Shown here in pieces: positions 24,655 through 37,700 of a DNA stretch of 64,000 nt. The notes beneath the pieces are model-generated. The model saw only the letters and a list, made by a program, of their open reading frames with translations. It ran no database searches and was not told the DNA's origin. A program made the position numbers and the translations under genes. The stretch is taken from positions 44,578,001 to 44,642,000 of the forward strand of contig CM060732.1 in NCBI GenBank assembly GCA_030704615.1. Direction: 5' to 3'. Each line of letters opens with the position of its first letter. Position 1 is the first letter of the stretch. Source of the DNA: Takakia lepidozioides (taxonomy: Eukaryota; Plantae; Bryophyta).

Positions 24655-26415
24655 CAATAATCGGGTTTTCAATATCCTCTAGAAAACCCTCTTTCACACA
24701 AGCATCAATCTGTTGTGTGTGATTTGCCCAAAAACTAGGCCTCAGGAAGGCCTGGGCTTTTGGCTCAGCCTCTCAACTTTCAAAGTTGGTGAACGGGTAC
24801 AGGCACAATTCCCTTGATTGAATTGAAGACACGTCTCTTTGGTGAGAGAACCCCGGACAGTGTATCAGAAAATGAATACTGTCTTCAGATTGCCCACACA
24901 ACGGACAATTGCACTCTCCCTTTCCTCTCTGCTTCTGTTTGCTGTTCAAAGGTAGGCTTGCTTCCTGCCCTGAGTTTAAATTTCAGTCTAGTGCCGAGAG
25001 TGGGTAGACCCTTGAGGTCATCCAAGATGTCCACCCCCATGTCACTGACTAGAAAGAAGTTCAGGGAAGTTCTCTGCCTAACTTCATTTCATCAGACAAT
25101 CTCATGGCAACAAACATGGCTTCAGACACTACAGCCTCTAAGGCAGATTTATCCAGCAGGGTCAAGACTTGCGGATCCAGGTCCAGGTCCTTGAGAATCT
25201 TTTTCTACTCTCTTCTGCCAGGACTTAGCCTGTTTGACAGGGCGGTCCTGTTTCCAAGATATAGAGTCGATCAACTTAGGATATCTGGTGTTGGGCATAT
25301 GTTGCAGCTGACCCACCATCTGACCTTGAATTCATCTCGTCGGGAGCTTAAGGATGGAATGCCAAACTCACCCCGAATTCAACCACATTGGCTGTTTTGG
25401 AGCATGCTGACATACACTCCTTAAGCACCCCCACTTGAATGGATTCTAGAGACTTAGCCTGGTTGGAGCTATCAACCCATATAGCAGATCTGTACTCCAG
25501 GCAGGTCCCCCCTTAAAGAAAAAGCCTACAAGCACCTTGCGACAAGGTGAATGAACACTTTAGTTCACTCCACAGGCAACACCCCTTCAAGAAAAACCGA
25601 TTGCCGGGGACATAATTTGGAGATTCAATGACAAAGCCTGGTGGCACTTCGTACTTCCCTCCTAACATGGTGTAAAATGGGGGAAATGGACACCCCATTA
25701 TACATTGTACTCATAAGACGTTGTTGCCGTAGCCTTCTGGCCATTGACCCCACGCCCCTTTGAGCGGAACAAAAGAACAGAACCTACCTCAGTCAGGGGT
25801 TGACGTTGGTAGTAAGACTTACCTTCATATAAAGATTTAATCCGGGTTTTCCAGATATCCTCTAGAAAACCCTTCACACAAGCATCAATCTGCTGGTGTG
25901 ATTTGCCCCAAACTAGGCCTCAGGAGGGCCGCGGCTTTTGGCTCAGCCTCGAGAGTTTCAAAGTTGGTAAACAGGGGTACAGGCACAATTCCTTGATTGA
26001 ATTGAAGACAACGTCTCTTTGGTGAGAGACCCCGGACAGTGTATCAGAAAATGAATATTGTCTTCAGATTGCCCACACTACGGACAATTGCATGCACTCT
26101 CCCTTTCCTCTCTGCTTCTGTTTGTTGTTCAAAGGTAGGCTTCCTGCCCTGAGTTTAAATTTCAGTCTACTTCCAACTTGTGGGTAGACCCTTGAGGTCA
26201 TCCAAGATGTCCACCCCCATGTCACTGACTGGAAAACAACTTCAGGGAAGTTCTCTGCCTAACTTCATTTTCATCAGACAATCTGATGGCAACAGACATG
26301 CCTTCAGACACTACAGCCTCTAAGTCAGATTTATCCAGCTGGGTCAATACTTGCGGATCCAGGTCCAGGTCCTTGAGAATCTTTTCTACTCTCTTCTGCC
26401 AGGACTTAGCCTGTT
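24655..26415. repeat. ~580-bp direct duplication within the CACTA (24655-25235 vs 25838-26415)
   Basis: Both copies run from CGGGTTTT..ATATCCTCTAGAAAACCC to GGACTTAGCCTGTTT. Confidence 0.85.
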
Positions 26416-26487
26416 TCACATTATAAACAACAATCAGCCAAGGCAAAGAGGGCAAAAAGGCTGGTGTGTGAACTTACAAGCCGAGCC

Positions 26488-28550
26488 TCAACAGATGCCT
26501 TCCCACACACGTCCTGTTTTTGAAGGCTTCTTGATTGATGAATTTGCAACCTTCATGAGGGCACTTTTTGCGTTGAATCCTGCTGTCTGCCAATACGATA
26601 CCAGCCTGTCCCAATGAGCTTCCTTCAGATGCGCAGGCCTCCCCTCGCCTGCCTTGTACATTGCATGGATCTCGTGTCTTTGGGTTTTCAAGGCAATGCC
26701 AAGTGTCTTCCTCATGTGCTCATAGTCAAGACCACGTGGCGTGTACGCAAATGTAGAGTTTAGAATCCTATATATTTCTTCAATGACAGATTCATCCTGC
26801 GCTGCAATATGCATTGACATGTCACACAAACGCCACATCTGGCCTTTGAGGGCTGCATGCCAGGTATTGCGTGCTGGTCCAATGGGCTCTCCAGCTTTGT
26901 CAACCGGAAGCACTTGAGGGGGGAGTCCATCTTCGTCTCGCGCATCATGGTTTCGGATTGCCTCTGCCCTGGCACGCCTGTTCGCCGCCGCCTCAAAGCA
27001 TTAGCTCGCTCCTTCTTGGTCATAGGGGTCTCTTCCTTTGCCACCTCAGGTGGTGGGGCAGCTGGGGGTTGCCATGGGGAATGGGGGGCGCAGTATCGCC
27101 CACCGTATGGCCCAAAAGGTTCGTATGGTGGACGTGTAGATGCCGGGTAAGCATGTGGGTCTAGGAGGTAAGGGGGAATAGGTGGAGGAGAATGGGCATA
27201 TGGCTGCTGTGGGTAACCACCTGGAGGGGGCTTGTATTGGATGTGCGGGTTGTAAGGGCCCGCAGCGCCATACTGATCGGGGGTGGGGTAGGCATGTGGG
27301 TAATGTGTGTACGGAGGGTACTGTGGAATAGGTCGTGGAGGTGGTCGTTCTGCGCTTGGGGACTTGTTTGTAGCAGGGTTGACTTGTTTGAACAACCCCC
27401 GCCCCGATGGACTGCCCACCACAGCTGCAGCGCCTTCGATGGAAGCTCGCCTCTTCCTGGCCTGCACAGAATAAAAACCAATTCAAACATTAAAGTCAAT
27501 CAAAGCATTCAAATGAAATCATGGCAACTTAGAACAAATTAACGCGCGTGCACCTGCCATTTTAAAGCTTTGATTGTACTCATCCTCCTATGAGCAGGTC
27601 CTCATCCCCTCAGACTCATCAGGTGCCCCACACTTCTGTTTACCCATTCAGAAAAGTGGGGGCTGAGCCAAATCTACATGGCCAATTCCAAAGCCTACCT
27701 AGTGGGGAGACCTCAAAAACCATTGGCATGCTTGTATCAAAGCGTGCATACAAGTACTTGCATCAGTGGGTAGATGGACTCATTTGAATGGACATTGCAT
27801 TTTAGTTGTAAACAGAAACATCACTATGTATCAACCTCTTAGTAAGAGCCTTTGACTTTAACCCAAACTATGTACACGATGAAGATATAGCAAAAGGGGT
27901 TGATTTCCTATCCCATTGTGGGGTTTCACTGCCTATATGCTCGGGCATCCCTTCCTTCCTACATCCCAATTTTTCTAGCAATGCCATCTCCCCAATGTGA
28001 AATTCCCAAAGTGAGAACTTTCCAAATGTGATTGCATTCAAAGTTGTGCCACGTCCACTGCCAGATTTTCTGTGGCTTCCACCTTTCAACCTCTTCTGTG
28101 TGGGAAGTGCATTTACATCCTGGAATGCTAAGAAAGTCTCAGACACGTTCTGTACATTTGCATGCTTCCTTCATGGGTATGCTGAGCATGTGAATGCATA
28201 GAAATGCTGAAGATGTGGCGTCATAGTGAGGAGGTGCTTACAGATGGTGATTTTGCCGGCGACGGGCGTTTCTGGGGAAGCGAGGGTGCAGGAGCTGGGT
28301 GGCGAAGAATATCTTCGCTAGAATCGCCAGTGTGCTCGCCCGCAGGGACACACAACAAATCCTCCTCCTCGTCTTCGTCTACATACTGTCGTGCCTCGTC
28401 GGCCATTGTTTCTAGCCTTCCACTGCGTCTGGGTGGTCCCGTGGGTAGTGGAGGTCGACGGCAAGCACGCTTTGGTTTCGGAGCAAGAAGCCTGCAATCC
28501 TCGCCCCATGAAGAAATTAACCAATCCCGCTCTCTTCATGGTGCGCCATG
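26488..28550 (-). CDS. CACTA TnpA/Ptta (Transposase_24)-like gene, spliced, with Pro-rich N-terminus; exon model uncertain
   Basis: 26488-26913 encodes GEPIGPARNTWHAALKG...RPAHLKEAHWDRLVSYW...SALMKVANS..K.PSKTG, typical of Ptta/En-Spm ORF2. Upstream Pro/Tyr-rich (26760-27467) and acidic (28221-28406) segments are in other frames. Confidence 0.6.
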
Positions 28551-28990
28551 ATAGTGTGGAGACAGGCGTCGCCTCACAACCATCATTCTGTGTACTTAGC
28601 AATGCAATCCCAACACTGGGAATGTAGAAAAACTCGTAAACCCAAAAGACAAGGATGCGGGCAATTTCAGGCTAAACCGTAGACCTCTCACATTTTTAAA
28701 AAAAAAACCCTAATGACAAGCCCCTGCAATGCGATGTCTGACAACCCCAAACTAAAGTATTCGGGTCAGTTGAGCACTCCGGTTGAGGTGGAATGCTCTC
28801 CTGCGAGATTTAGGCCACAACACTAGGGTGAGCCGCCTCTCAGTATACTCACAGTGGGTGCGAACCAAACAACTCCGCCTCAACCTCTTTGTTGCGAGCA
28901 ATGCAGGTCTCCCTTAGCTTCTCATACGCAGTCAGAGGACCGCACGGGGAGGGCCTGACCATGGCAGTCTGACATCAGCTGCAAAGACCC

Positions 28991-31900
28991 TTGCACACCC
29001 CCTGTGTAAGTACAATGTATACAACGAGAGCGGGGTTTCGGCTAACAGCTCAACGACTCCGTGTGCGCAGGAAAGATGAGAAACTGTGGCGACTAGAGGA
29101 GGCGCATGCCATTGCACAAGGGCACCGCAAAATATTGTGCAACTGCAAAATATGCCATGGAGGGATCTCGCAGTTTCTACCGATGGCCAAAAAACACCTA
29201 ACAAAGTATGGGAGGGACCCAAACCTTCGACAGTGTACAGTCCCGGTACGCCTTGCACGACGCACGCACTCTGACATGCTCGCAGCACGCCCGCGCATGT
29301 CCGCATTTTGGACAGTCGTGGGAGTGACTGGAGTCCGAACTACGTGTCGTTCTTCCGTTGGATGTATTGGAGTCATGGAGTCGTAGTGATGGAGTCATGT
29401 AGTCGGTAGTGCGTCAGAGTAGTCATGTCCATGACTTCATGACCGTGGATCATGGACATTTCAACTACGTGGTGTTCTTCCATTGGTTGTACTGGAGTCA
29501 TGTAGTCAGGGTCATGACTACATGGTCGTTGTTGACTGCCATGTGTGAAGGCAATATGCATTTTGGGCTTTTGGCAGTTTGTTGCCATGTGTCATGCCTT
29601 CAACGCACTGCCCACTTGGGCATATTTGTTGAGAGCTTTCACTTTGTTGGTCTGTGCAGATAGCTGTCTGTATGTGGGGATGTCTCCCTCTATCACAGAG
29701 GGTATGTTTGTTTTGTTTTTCGATGAAAACTGTGTTCCTACTTTGCCGTATTATATGAGAGTAGTTTTCATTTGTGTTTGTGTCTGAGCTCCACAAGCTG
29801 CTTCGAAATGAAGTCTGTGGCCGACCAATTTCGTCTCCTGATTCGCAAGTGCGGGGGAGACTTGTAGCATTCACCTGTATTGAACTAGTGCAATTCTACA
29901 AAGTGTTTGCTTACATGACAGTGTTTAAATGAAATTTCATAATCTGGGAGTTTTGAAAAAAGCCTGTTCATCGTATCCCAATTTATGATTTCATTTGCGT
30001 TCACAGGGCTACATTACATCCGACTCTGAAGTGGAGGCTGAATGTAGCCTAGAGAGTGTTGCAAACGACGTCAATTTGGATGGACAAGACGGCAATGGGC
30101 TACGGGGCCAGATTGCCCGTGCTGTGCAAGATGCATTTGAAATATCAGATACCCTCCGGGAGAATCCCACACCTGCCCCAAATGCCCTTCACTTGGACAA
30201 TGATGAGGCTGTTGAGAATGGCGCAAATCCCTCTGAAATGCCTGATGGGGAAAATATGGGCGGAGAAGAAGCAGGCGCGCCAAATGATCTTCACCATGGA
30301 AAACTCATGCGAGAGTCCCAAATCCCCTTATACGATGGGAGCGTTCACAACCGATTGACTGCCACATTGATGTTGCTCAATTCTTGCGCCACTCACAGAT
30401 GTACCAACGCATTTGTGGATGAGTTATTTTCATTGTTGAGGCTGGAGATTTTGCCCAAACAAAACACCTTGCCGAAATCGCAGTATGAGGCCAAAAATAT
30501 GATCGCCATGATGGGTCTAGGATACAAACAGATCCATGCCTGTGAGCGTGGATGTGTATTGTTTCGTGGAGACCTCAAAAAGGCTGCTAATTGCCCCAAG
30601 TGCCATAGTCGTCGATACATGGACGGCCGTGGGAAGGTGCCCAAGAAGGTGTTGCGATACTTTCCTCTCATACCTAGATTGAAACGGATGTTTCGAGTTA
30701 AGACGCTGGCAGAGCTCATGAAGTGGCACAACAATCATAGAAGTGCAGATGGCATGGTCCGGCATGCTGCAGACAGTAAGGCTTGGTGCCATATTGACAA
30801 CACATGGCCGGATTTTGCTTCAGATCCAAGAAATCTGCGTCTTGGATTGGCACTGGATGGGGTCAATCCTTATGGCACCAAATCCACTTCTTGGTCCACC
30901 TGGCCCATCATGGTGCTCAATTATAATCTACCTCCATGGTTGGTAACGAAGAATTTTTTTGTCATGTTAACACTCCTCATTCCTGGAAAGGAATCTGTGA
31001 CAAGTGAAAATGTGGATGTTTACCTGCAACCACTAGTGGAGGAGCTAACGACATTGTGGGTGGGAGTTGCAGCCGTGGATGTGGCAGCCATTGAAGGAGA
31101 GCGGGCTTTTAACATGCGTGCAGTCCTCATGTGGTCCATACATGACTTCCCCGCCTATGGCTTGTTATCAGGTCAGGTTCACCAAGGGTACTGTGCTTGT
31201 CCAGCATGTGGACCTCAAGTCGATTCCAGATATTCCCCAGCTTGTAAGAAATTGATATTCCAGGGGCATCGACGCTATCTTCCCCACAATCATGCCTATA
31301 GAAGATCCAGACTTTTTAATGGGGCGCGAGACATGAGACCTGCTCCACATACAGTGACAGCCACCGAAATCAAGGAGCGTGCACGACATTACAAACAATG
31401 GATTGATGATGGTGGGACTGTAGGCGCACAGAACGATCCCTCCAAGCTCCATGGCGTAAAACGATTGTCCATTCTGTTTGACTTGCCTTACTGGGAGGTG
31501 CGATTACCACACATGTGTTTTGGGAACAAAACAGTGCATTGGTTTTTCATTGTGCATGATTGTTTGTTTACTGAACCTGTGCTGTAAACATCATTCATGA
31601 CTGCATTGCAATGTGCCTAATTTGTTAGACCACATGGTGCAGCATCTTATCATCCGCCACACTTTTGATACCATGCATTGCGAGAAGAACGTGACGGAGA
31701 ACATAATCAAGACTATTTTCGGCGAGAAGGACACGATGCAAGTTCGCCGCGATATGGAATTGCAGGGCATTCGAAAGCCTCTTTGGTTACGACGCCATCC
31801 CACCAGAGTGGATACATTGGTAATGCCTGATGCGCCATATGTGCTCACAAAACCAGAGCAGCGGGTGTTCCTGGAGATTATCACGAATCTGAAAGTACCC

Positions 31901-33549
31901 ACTGGCTATGCCTCTGCTTTCAAAAAACATGTGGTCAAACAAAAGTTGAGCCAATTGAAGTCACATGATTATCACGTGCTAATGCAACAGATCCTCCCAC
32001 TTGCTCTACGTGGGTTGATGGCGCCTGGGGTTCGCAATGCCATACTAAGAGTGTCCCGTGTGTTTCGCAAGCTTTGTGCAAAATTCATTGATCCCACCGA
32101 GCATGAGGAATTGAAGAAGGAGGTGGCAGTGACTCTTTGTCTTCTGGAGAAAGAGTTCCCACCCTCATTTTTTGATGTTATGACACATTTACTTATCCAC
32201 TTGGTGGATGAGGTGGATTTGTGTGGACCTGTAGCTTCTCGGTGGATGTACCCGGTGGAGAGAGCAATGAAGGATTTTAAAGGGTATGTGCGAAACTTGG
32301 CGAAGCCTGAGGGCAGTATGGCGGAGGGCTACGTGTTTGACGAGGCATTGGGATTTTGTACAGAGTACTTGTCTTCTGTTGATGCTACTAGGCGGAGAGT
32401 GTGGGATGCAGGAGAGGAGGAATCAGTGTCGGGCTGGGTATTGGAAGGAGTTGGTCGACCACGGAGGTTGACCCTCGAATTGTTGCAGCTTGTCCACGAC
32501 TACGTCATTCACAACCATCCCAGTTTGAGCATTATGTTGGGGTAAGTGGCAAACGTTCTGGTACCTGCTATGCATGGGTATGCTTTGTATAGGTGTGTGT
32601 GCAGTAGTTCTTCCATCGGCTGCAGGGGTTGCACTAGATAAATTTCTGTGGTTGTGCGTGTGTTGGCAGGTCCTATGAGGTGGAGAAATGCAGGTTGGAG
32701 ACTGAAAATGCTACTAACCAGAACAAGATCCGTGCTCTCCCTCACTTTGCAGAATGGCTGGTAAAAGCAGTCCGCCAGCATGTGTCAAGTGTTGCCAACC
32801 ATGCTACTGATTCAGCCTGCAAGGAATTGTTGGACATGTCCAAACCCCCATCAGTAATCGCAACATCATACAAGAGCATGTCGGCTTATGGAAACCACTT
32901 CAGGGTTACTTCAGATGGACTCAACAGCCCCTTTGTGACATATGACTCGGGGGTCTCTACTGTTTTCCAGCATGACAGTACTTGCATTGACCGTGAGCAG
33001 GTGGTGGAAAGCGTACGGTATGTGGGTGTCATAAAGGAGATTTTAGAATTGGATTATGGCTCCACAAACACCACGGTGCTATTGTGTTCATGGGTACGTG
33101 CACGACGTGTGGGCTCTCAGCCTGTGTCAATGAAGCAGGATGAGTCTGGCTTCACATTGGTGAATTTCTCCCACTTGTTGCCTCCACTTGAACAGCCTTT
33201 TGTGCTCCCATCACAGGTCGAGCAAGTTTTTTTCTCTGAGTGTGTGAATGAACCGAGATGGAACGTGGTGCTGGAAAAAAACCCCAGGTCACGCAGGGCT
33301 GTTTCTGATGTGAGCATTTGCAACGATGATATTGCAAGTGTATCAGGCCTCTTAGCCCCCAATCACATTGAAGAGACCAATGTTGCTAGTGACAGGGTGG
33401 GCCAGACCATCCAAGTGACACCTGAAGAGGTTGCTTCACTTTACAGAGACATGCGATCTGAGGAAGCACATCCATGTCCCACGGAGGACAGTTGCGATGG
33501 AGATTCAGAGTCCAGTGATGAGGAGTTGGTTGATGTGGATGTGTACTAG
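28991..33549 (+). CDS. CACTA TnpD/Tnp2 transposase (transposase-associated domain, Transposase_21, DUF4218, DUF4216), 4 probable exons
   Basis: Exons at ~28991-29245 (ILCNCKIC..HLTKYG), ~30008-31497 (IHAC..GC, LRYFPLIPRLKRMF, RNLRLGLALDGVNP, IHDFPAYG), ~31642-32541 (DTMHCEKNV, LKSHDYHVLMQ, FPPSFFDVMTHL, RWMYPVER) and ~32670-33549 (YVGVIKEILELDY, QPFVLPSQVEQVFF). GT/AG borders are present. Confidence 0.9.
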
Positions 33550-35200
33550 TACCTAGAATGAGGTATGACTTTCCCCCCCAACTGCCTTCCTCTATCTCAA
33601 GTATATGAAGGGCAAAATTGAATATGTAATCCCGGTTGATTCATGAATAATGTGGGATTCATAAGACTGGCACTAAGGGTTGCCCTTGGGGGTGTCCTTT
33701 TTGCAGGGTGTTGGAGGTGTCCAACTTACATGGCGTGTCTGTCTGGCAACGTGTCATGACATTTATGTCACTATAGACTTTGGAACGGCATGCAAATTTA
33801 CACATCAGTTCTGCCTTTGGGTACATTGTTGACAAAGTGCATGTGCCTTCCAGTTTACATTACATAATTGCCCCAGTGATTTTGTGGGTCTTATATTGGG
33901 CAGGCTCGTGTTTATGGACCATTGAATACCAATGGAGTGCTTTTAAGCTTGGTCCCTACTTATCATATTTTCATTTTTCCCCAAAAGAATCTGGCAATCC
34001 GCATAGATGATGCTCTGGCTGGTTGAGTGGGTTATTTGCGTAGATGCATTTTATGGGCAGTTTCTCTCATGCCCCAGCTAACACCATGTGACTCACTTGT
34101 ATAGTCCCCCATCTGTGAATGGCTCAAGCAGGGTGCAGTACATTCAACACTACAATGTTGCTGCCCTGCAGGTGTTCCATGCCTTGCACCACATCATTAT
34201 TCCCTGATGTCATCCTGCTGCTGTTCTAGCTTGGGGCAGGTCATTGGGGATATGTACATTAGAGAGAACAACATGAGCTGTTATCTCAGTTGTTTTATCA
34301 TACAAGAAGCTGAATTCATGGGCTCTCCCATTCTTAGAAAACCCCCCCATGGCAAAGTGGGTGGATCGGAACAGACCGTATTGCCAAGCTTCTATTCCAG
34401 TAGCACACGGCGTGGAGCTCCGGGATGGCCTACTACAGGGACGACATGCACAAGGCGATATGTTAGAGTGTATTGGATTTCATATTTTGTTGGTGTTCTT
34501 GGTCACTGCCCAAAGACTTTTGTTGAGCCCATGTTTTGCATCACTGTCATGAGTGAATTTTTTGATTTGCATGAATTTATCTATCCCCTGAATGCATCAT
34601 TTGTTTGTCTGTCATTCCGCAGTATGAGGCTTGCTTTTGATGTTGTCGGCGATCAACAAACACTAAAATGCACGCCGCCATTTGAACGTAACGTCACAAA
34701 CAGATGCGGTTCTAGATCGCCTCTCTAGCATGTTGGCTTCACGTTCCATTCTTCTCCACTAAGCTGCTTCGTGTGCAACCGTTCCCTTCACTTGCATCCC
34801 CCGCACCACAATATCAAAGCCACTTAACCAATCATATGTAGACACCTCATAAGTTGTTCCATGTCACAGACTCTCCATGTCATGACGACATGTGATGATC
34901 TGGCAGAATACATTAGAGTGGCAGTCATGAAGTCATACGTCCGTCTAGCAATATGCACACGTCATTCACGTATGGGCATGACCCTGACTGGTAGTCATAT
35001 CAACCATGGCAATATTCCTGGTCAAAGGGTGTTTGACCTGTGTTGCGCAAAGTTCGGAGTCATACAGTCGCATAACCGGCTTCGTCGTGATCTATGTTAT
35101 GACTTCAAAAGGCATTTACGACTGCAAATGGCATTTCTGCCACAAATTGGTCGTGACTGCGCACCCATGGGAGTCATAAAAGCCGCAATCTGTTGTAGTG

Positions 35201-35998
35201 TTGGTGGAGTTGTCAGGCGGGGAGTATGCCTCGGCAACGGTGATGCCGGCTAAGAAGGATATCTATGGCAATTGGACAGAAAGAAGAATGTGTGGGGACT
35301 ACCGTCCTGTGAACCGTTAGACTAAGTCCGATAGATATGCCATGCCAACTCCAGAGGAGATCTTTGATGCCATTGTGCATACAAAGGTGTTTAGCACATT
35401 GGACATGCGATCCGGTTACCACCAGTTGCCAATCAAAGAGGCTGACAAGCAAAAGATGGCATTCTGGGGGATTGACCAACATGAGAAGGATTGCTTGTAC
35501 CAATGGCGGTTCCTACCGTTTGGGTTGAAGAATGCTCCTGCAAAGTTTCAGAGGGTCATGGATAGGATTCTTGCGGGGCTAGACTTTGCCCGGTGCTGCA
35601 TTGATGACATCATCATCTTTAGTGCTACGATTGAGGAGCACGAGAGACACCTTCAGATGGTGTTTGAGCGCTTGAGAGCGCATGGGTTCAAATTGCACCC
35701 TGGGAAGTGCAAGTTCTTCCACAACCAGATTGAGTATCTGGGCCACATGATATACCCTGGAGGATTGGGTGTTCAAAAGACGAAGGTGGAGGCAATTGCA
35801 CGCATTCCACGCCCCATTGATGTTAGCAGAGTTCGTGTTTTCATGGGGTTGACAAACTACTATCGACCGTTTGTCAAGGGATTTAGCAGCATTGCAAAAG
35901 CTCTTACCAAGTTGACCAAGGTGTGTCAGGAGTGGCAGTGGGAGGAGGAGTAGGAGGAAGCCTTTGAGGAACTCAAGGCTTGATTGACATCTGCGCCT
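35201..35998 (+). pseudogene. Family B copy 1 reverse transcriptase (continuation after the CACTA; cut by copy 2 LTR)
   Basis: EYASATVMPAKKD..RMCGDYR, FSTLDMRSGYHQ, LPFGLKNAPAKFQR, CIDDII. Ends at ...CTGCGCCT, where copy 2 begins. Confidence 0.9.
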
Positions 35999-37159
35999 TG
36001 TCATGGTTTTAGTCATGGTTATATAGAATTACTTACTTCTAGTTAACTAGGACATCTTAGATATTTATATTTATATTTTGTGTGTTGGGACTTCATTTGG
36101 TCTCACATGCCAAGTGAGGTGTCGAGCCTCACTTGGAACATGGGGATAGGTTTTCCCCTTATGAGGATGGAGGAGGCTCATCTTCTTGTAGTTGAGCCTC
36201 CATGAGCCTCTTCCACCTCCATAGCTCTAGGTATTGAGAGGGAGTGTGGTGAGGGCTTTGTAGGGTGGATTCCTTTAGCAAAGATGCCCTTGGCTTGACT
36301 TAGTTTATGTGATTGAGTGGATTCATGAGTGGAGTGTTTCCATTATGTGTTCACTTCCATTATCACTACAAGAAGATGACCTTATGCTTGTGAGTGCGGA
36401 GTGTAAGGGTTAGTTTAGCACTTGTGTGTTAAAGAGAGCTTGGTAGAGAGCTCTTGTGTTGCAAGGTGTTGCAGTGTTGCAAAGGAAAATCCTTGTTGCG
36501 TGGAGCATGCTTTCCAAGTGTGGCTTCCAACTTCCAGCTTGAGGAGAGCTAGAAGATGAAGGGAACAAGTCATTCTTTTGTGTATGAGGTGATGCTTATG
36601 TAGAGCATGTTTTCAGCCCATTGAGGCTTCTATTTTCAAGCCTTGGAGAGCAAGAAGAAAGGAAAAGGGCTGGTTTCCACTTAGGTGAAGGACAAGCACT
36701 TGTAGAGCACATGTTTGAGTTGGGGTTTCAACCTTAAGCTTGAGGAGAGCACGACTTTTGAGCTAGCAAGTGAAGGGACTTGAATCTTCCTCTTTGCATG
36801 AGATGGAGATGTATTGATGCTTGGAGAAGCAACACATAGAAGCCAAGAATGGATCATGTGTGTGGATGGCCAAAGGAGAGCACATGAATGAGTGCAAGAC
36901 TTGGTTGCTTATCAAATGAGGTAAAAAGCTTGATTCTTGAGCTCCAAAGAGAAGTGAAGCTTGTTGTGTGGCATTGCTAGGTGAGATGAAATCAAGCTTG
37001 GTTGTCGCTTGAGGTGAAGAAGATCAAGGTAGTTTGCCTTGGTATCTCATAGAAGTCATGGATGCTTGAGGAGAGCAAACATGAAGCTCAAGGAAGCCCA
37101 AACCCTAGCTTGGAATGCACAAACCCTAGCATGAGATGCACATGAAACCCTAGGTGCAT

Positions 37160-37700
37160 GGGAACAGTCACCAAAGTGTGGGAACCGTCACCATGGTCTG
37201 GGAACGGTCACCAAGGTGTGGGAACGGTCACTATAGGCTGGGAACATAGTGACATTTAAAGACAATATAGGGCTTTTGGAGGATTTTCAAGGGCCTTTGG
37301 GAGGATTATTTGGGGGAGCTTTAGGGTCCTTTGGGGAGCTTTTGTAAGGCACTTTGAAGAGCTCTTGAAGAGGTATTTGGATGACTATTTGGAGGCCTAT
37401 TTGGGGTCTTTGAAGGCCAAGTTTTGGCAAGTTTTTGGAGCCTTTGGAAGGCTATGTGGAGGACCATTTGGGGCCTTTGAAGGCCAATATTTGGCAAGTT
37501 TTTGGAGCCTTTGGAAGGCTGTTTGGAGGGCTGTTTGGGGTCCTTGGAGGCCGATATTTGGCGAGCTTGAGGAGTCGTTGGCGACTTGTTGAAGGACTAT
37601 TTGGGGTCCTTGAGGGCCGAGATTTGGCAAGCTCTTGGGGCCTTGGTGTACTGTTTGGAGTACCATTGTGCAAGCTTTGGGAGCCTTAGTGAGATTGTTT
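37160..37700 (+). repeat. Leader tandem arrays of copy 2 (20-bp GGGAACGGTCACCAAGGTGT units, then TTTGGAGCCTTTGGAAGG-type repeats)
   Basis: Visible direct repeats at 37160-37250 and 37270-37700. Confidence 0.75.

Larger units (their letters stand above)
20935..35200. mobile_element. CACTA (En/Spm) DNA transposon inserted in copy 1 pol; left TIR missing
   Basis: Right end TGTTGTAGTG at 35191-35200 (reverse complement CACTACAACA) abuts Gypsy RT sequence. Subterminal ATGACTC/GAGTCAT and CACGTG repeats lie at both ends. Tnp2 transposase inside. Gypsy homology on the left stops at ~20934 with no CACTA TIR. Confidence 0.85.
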
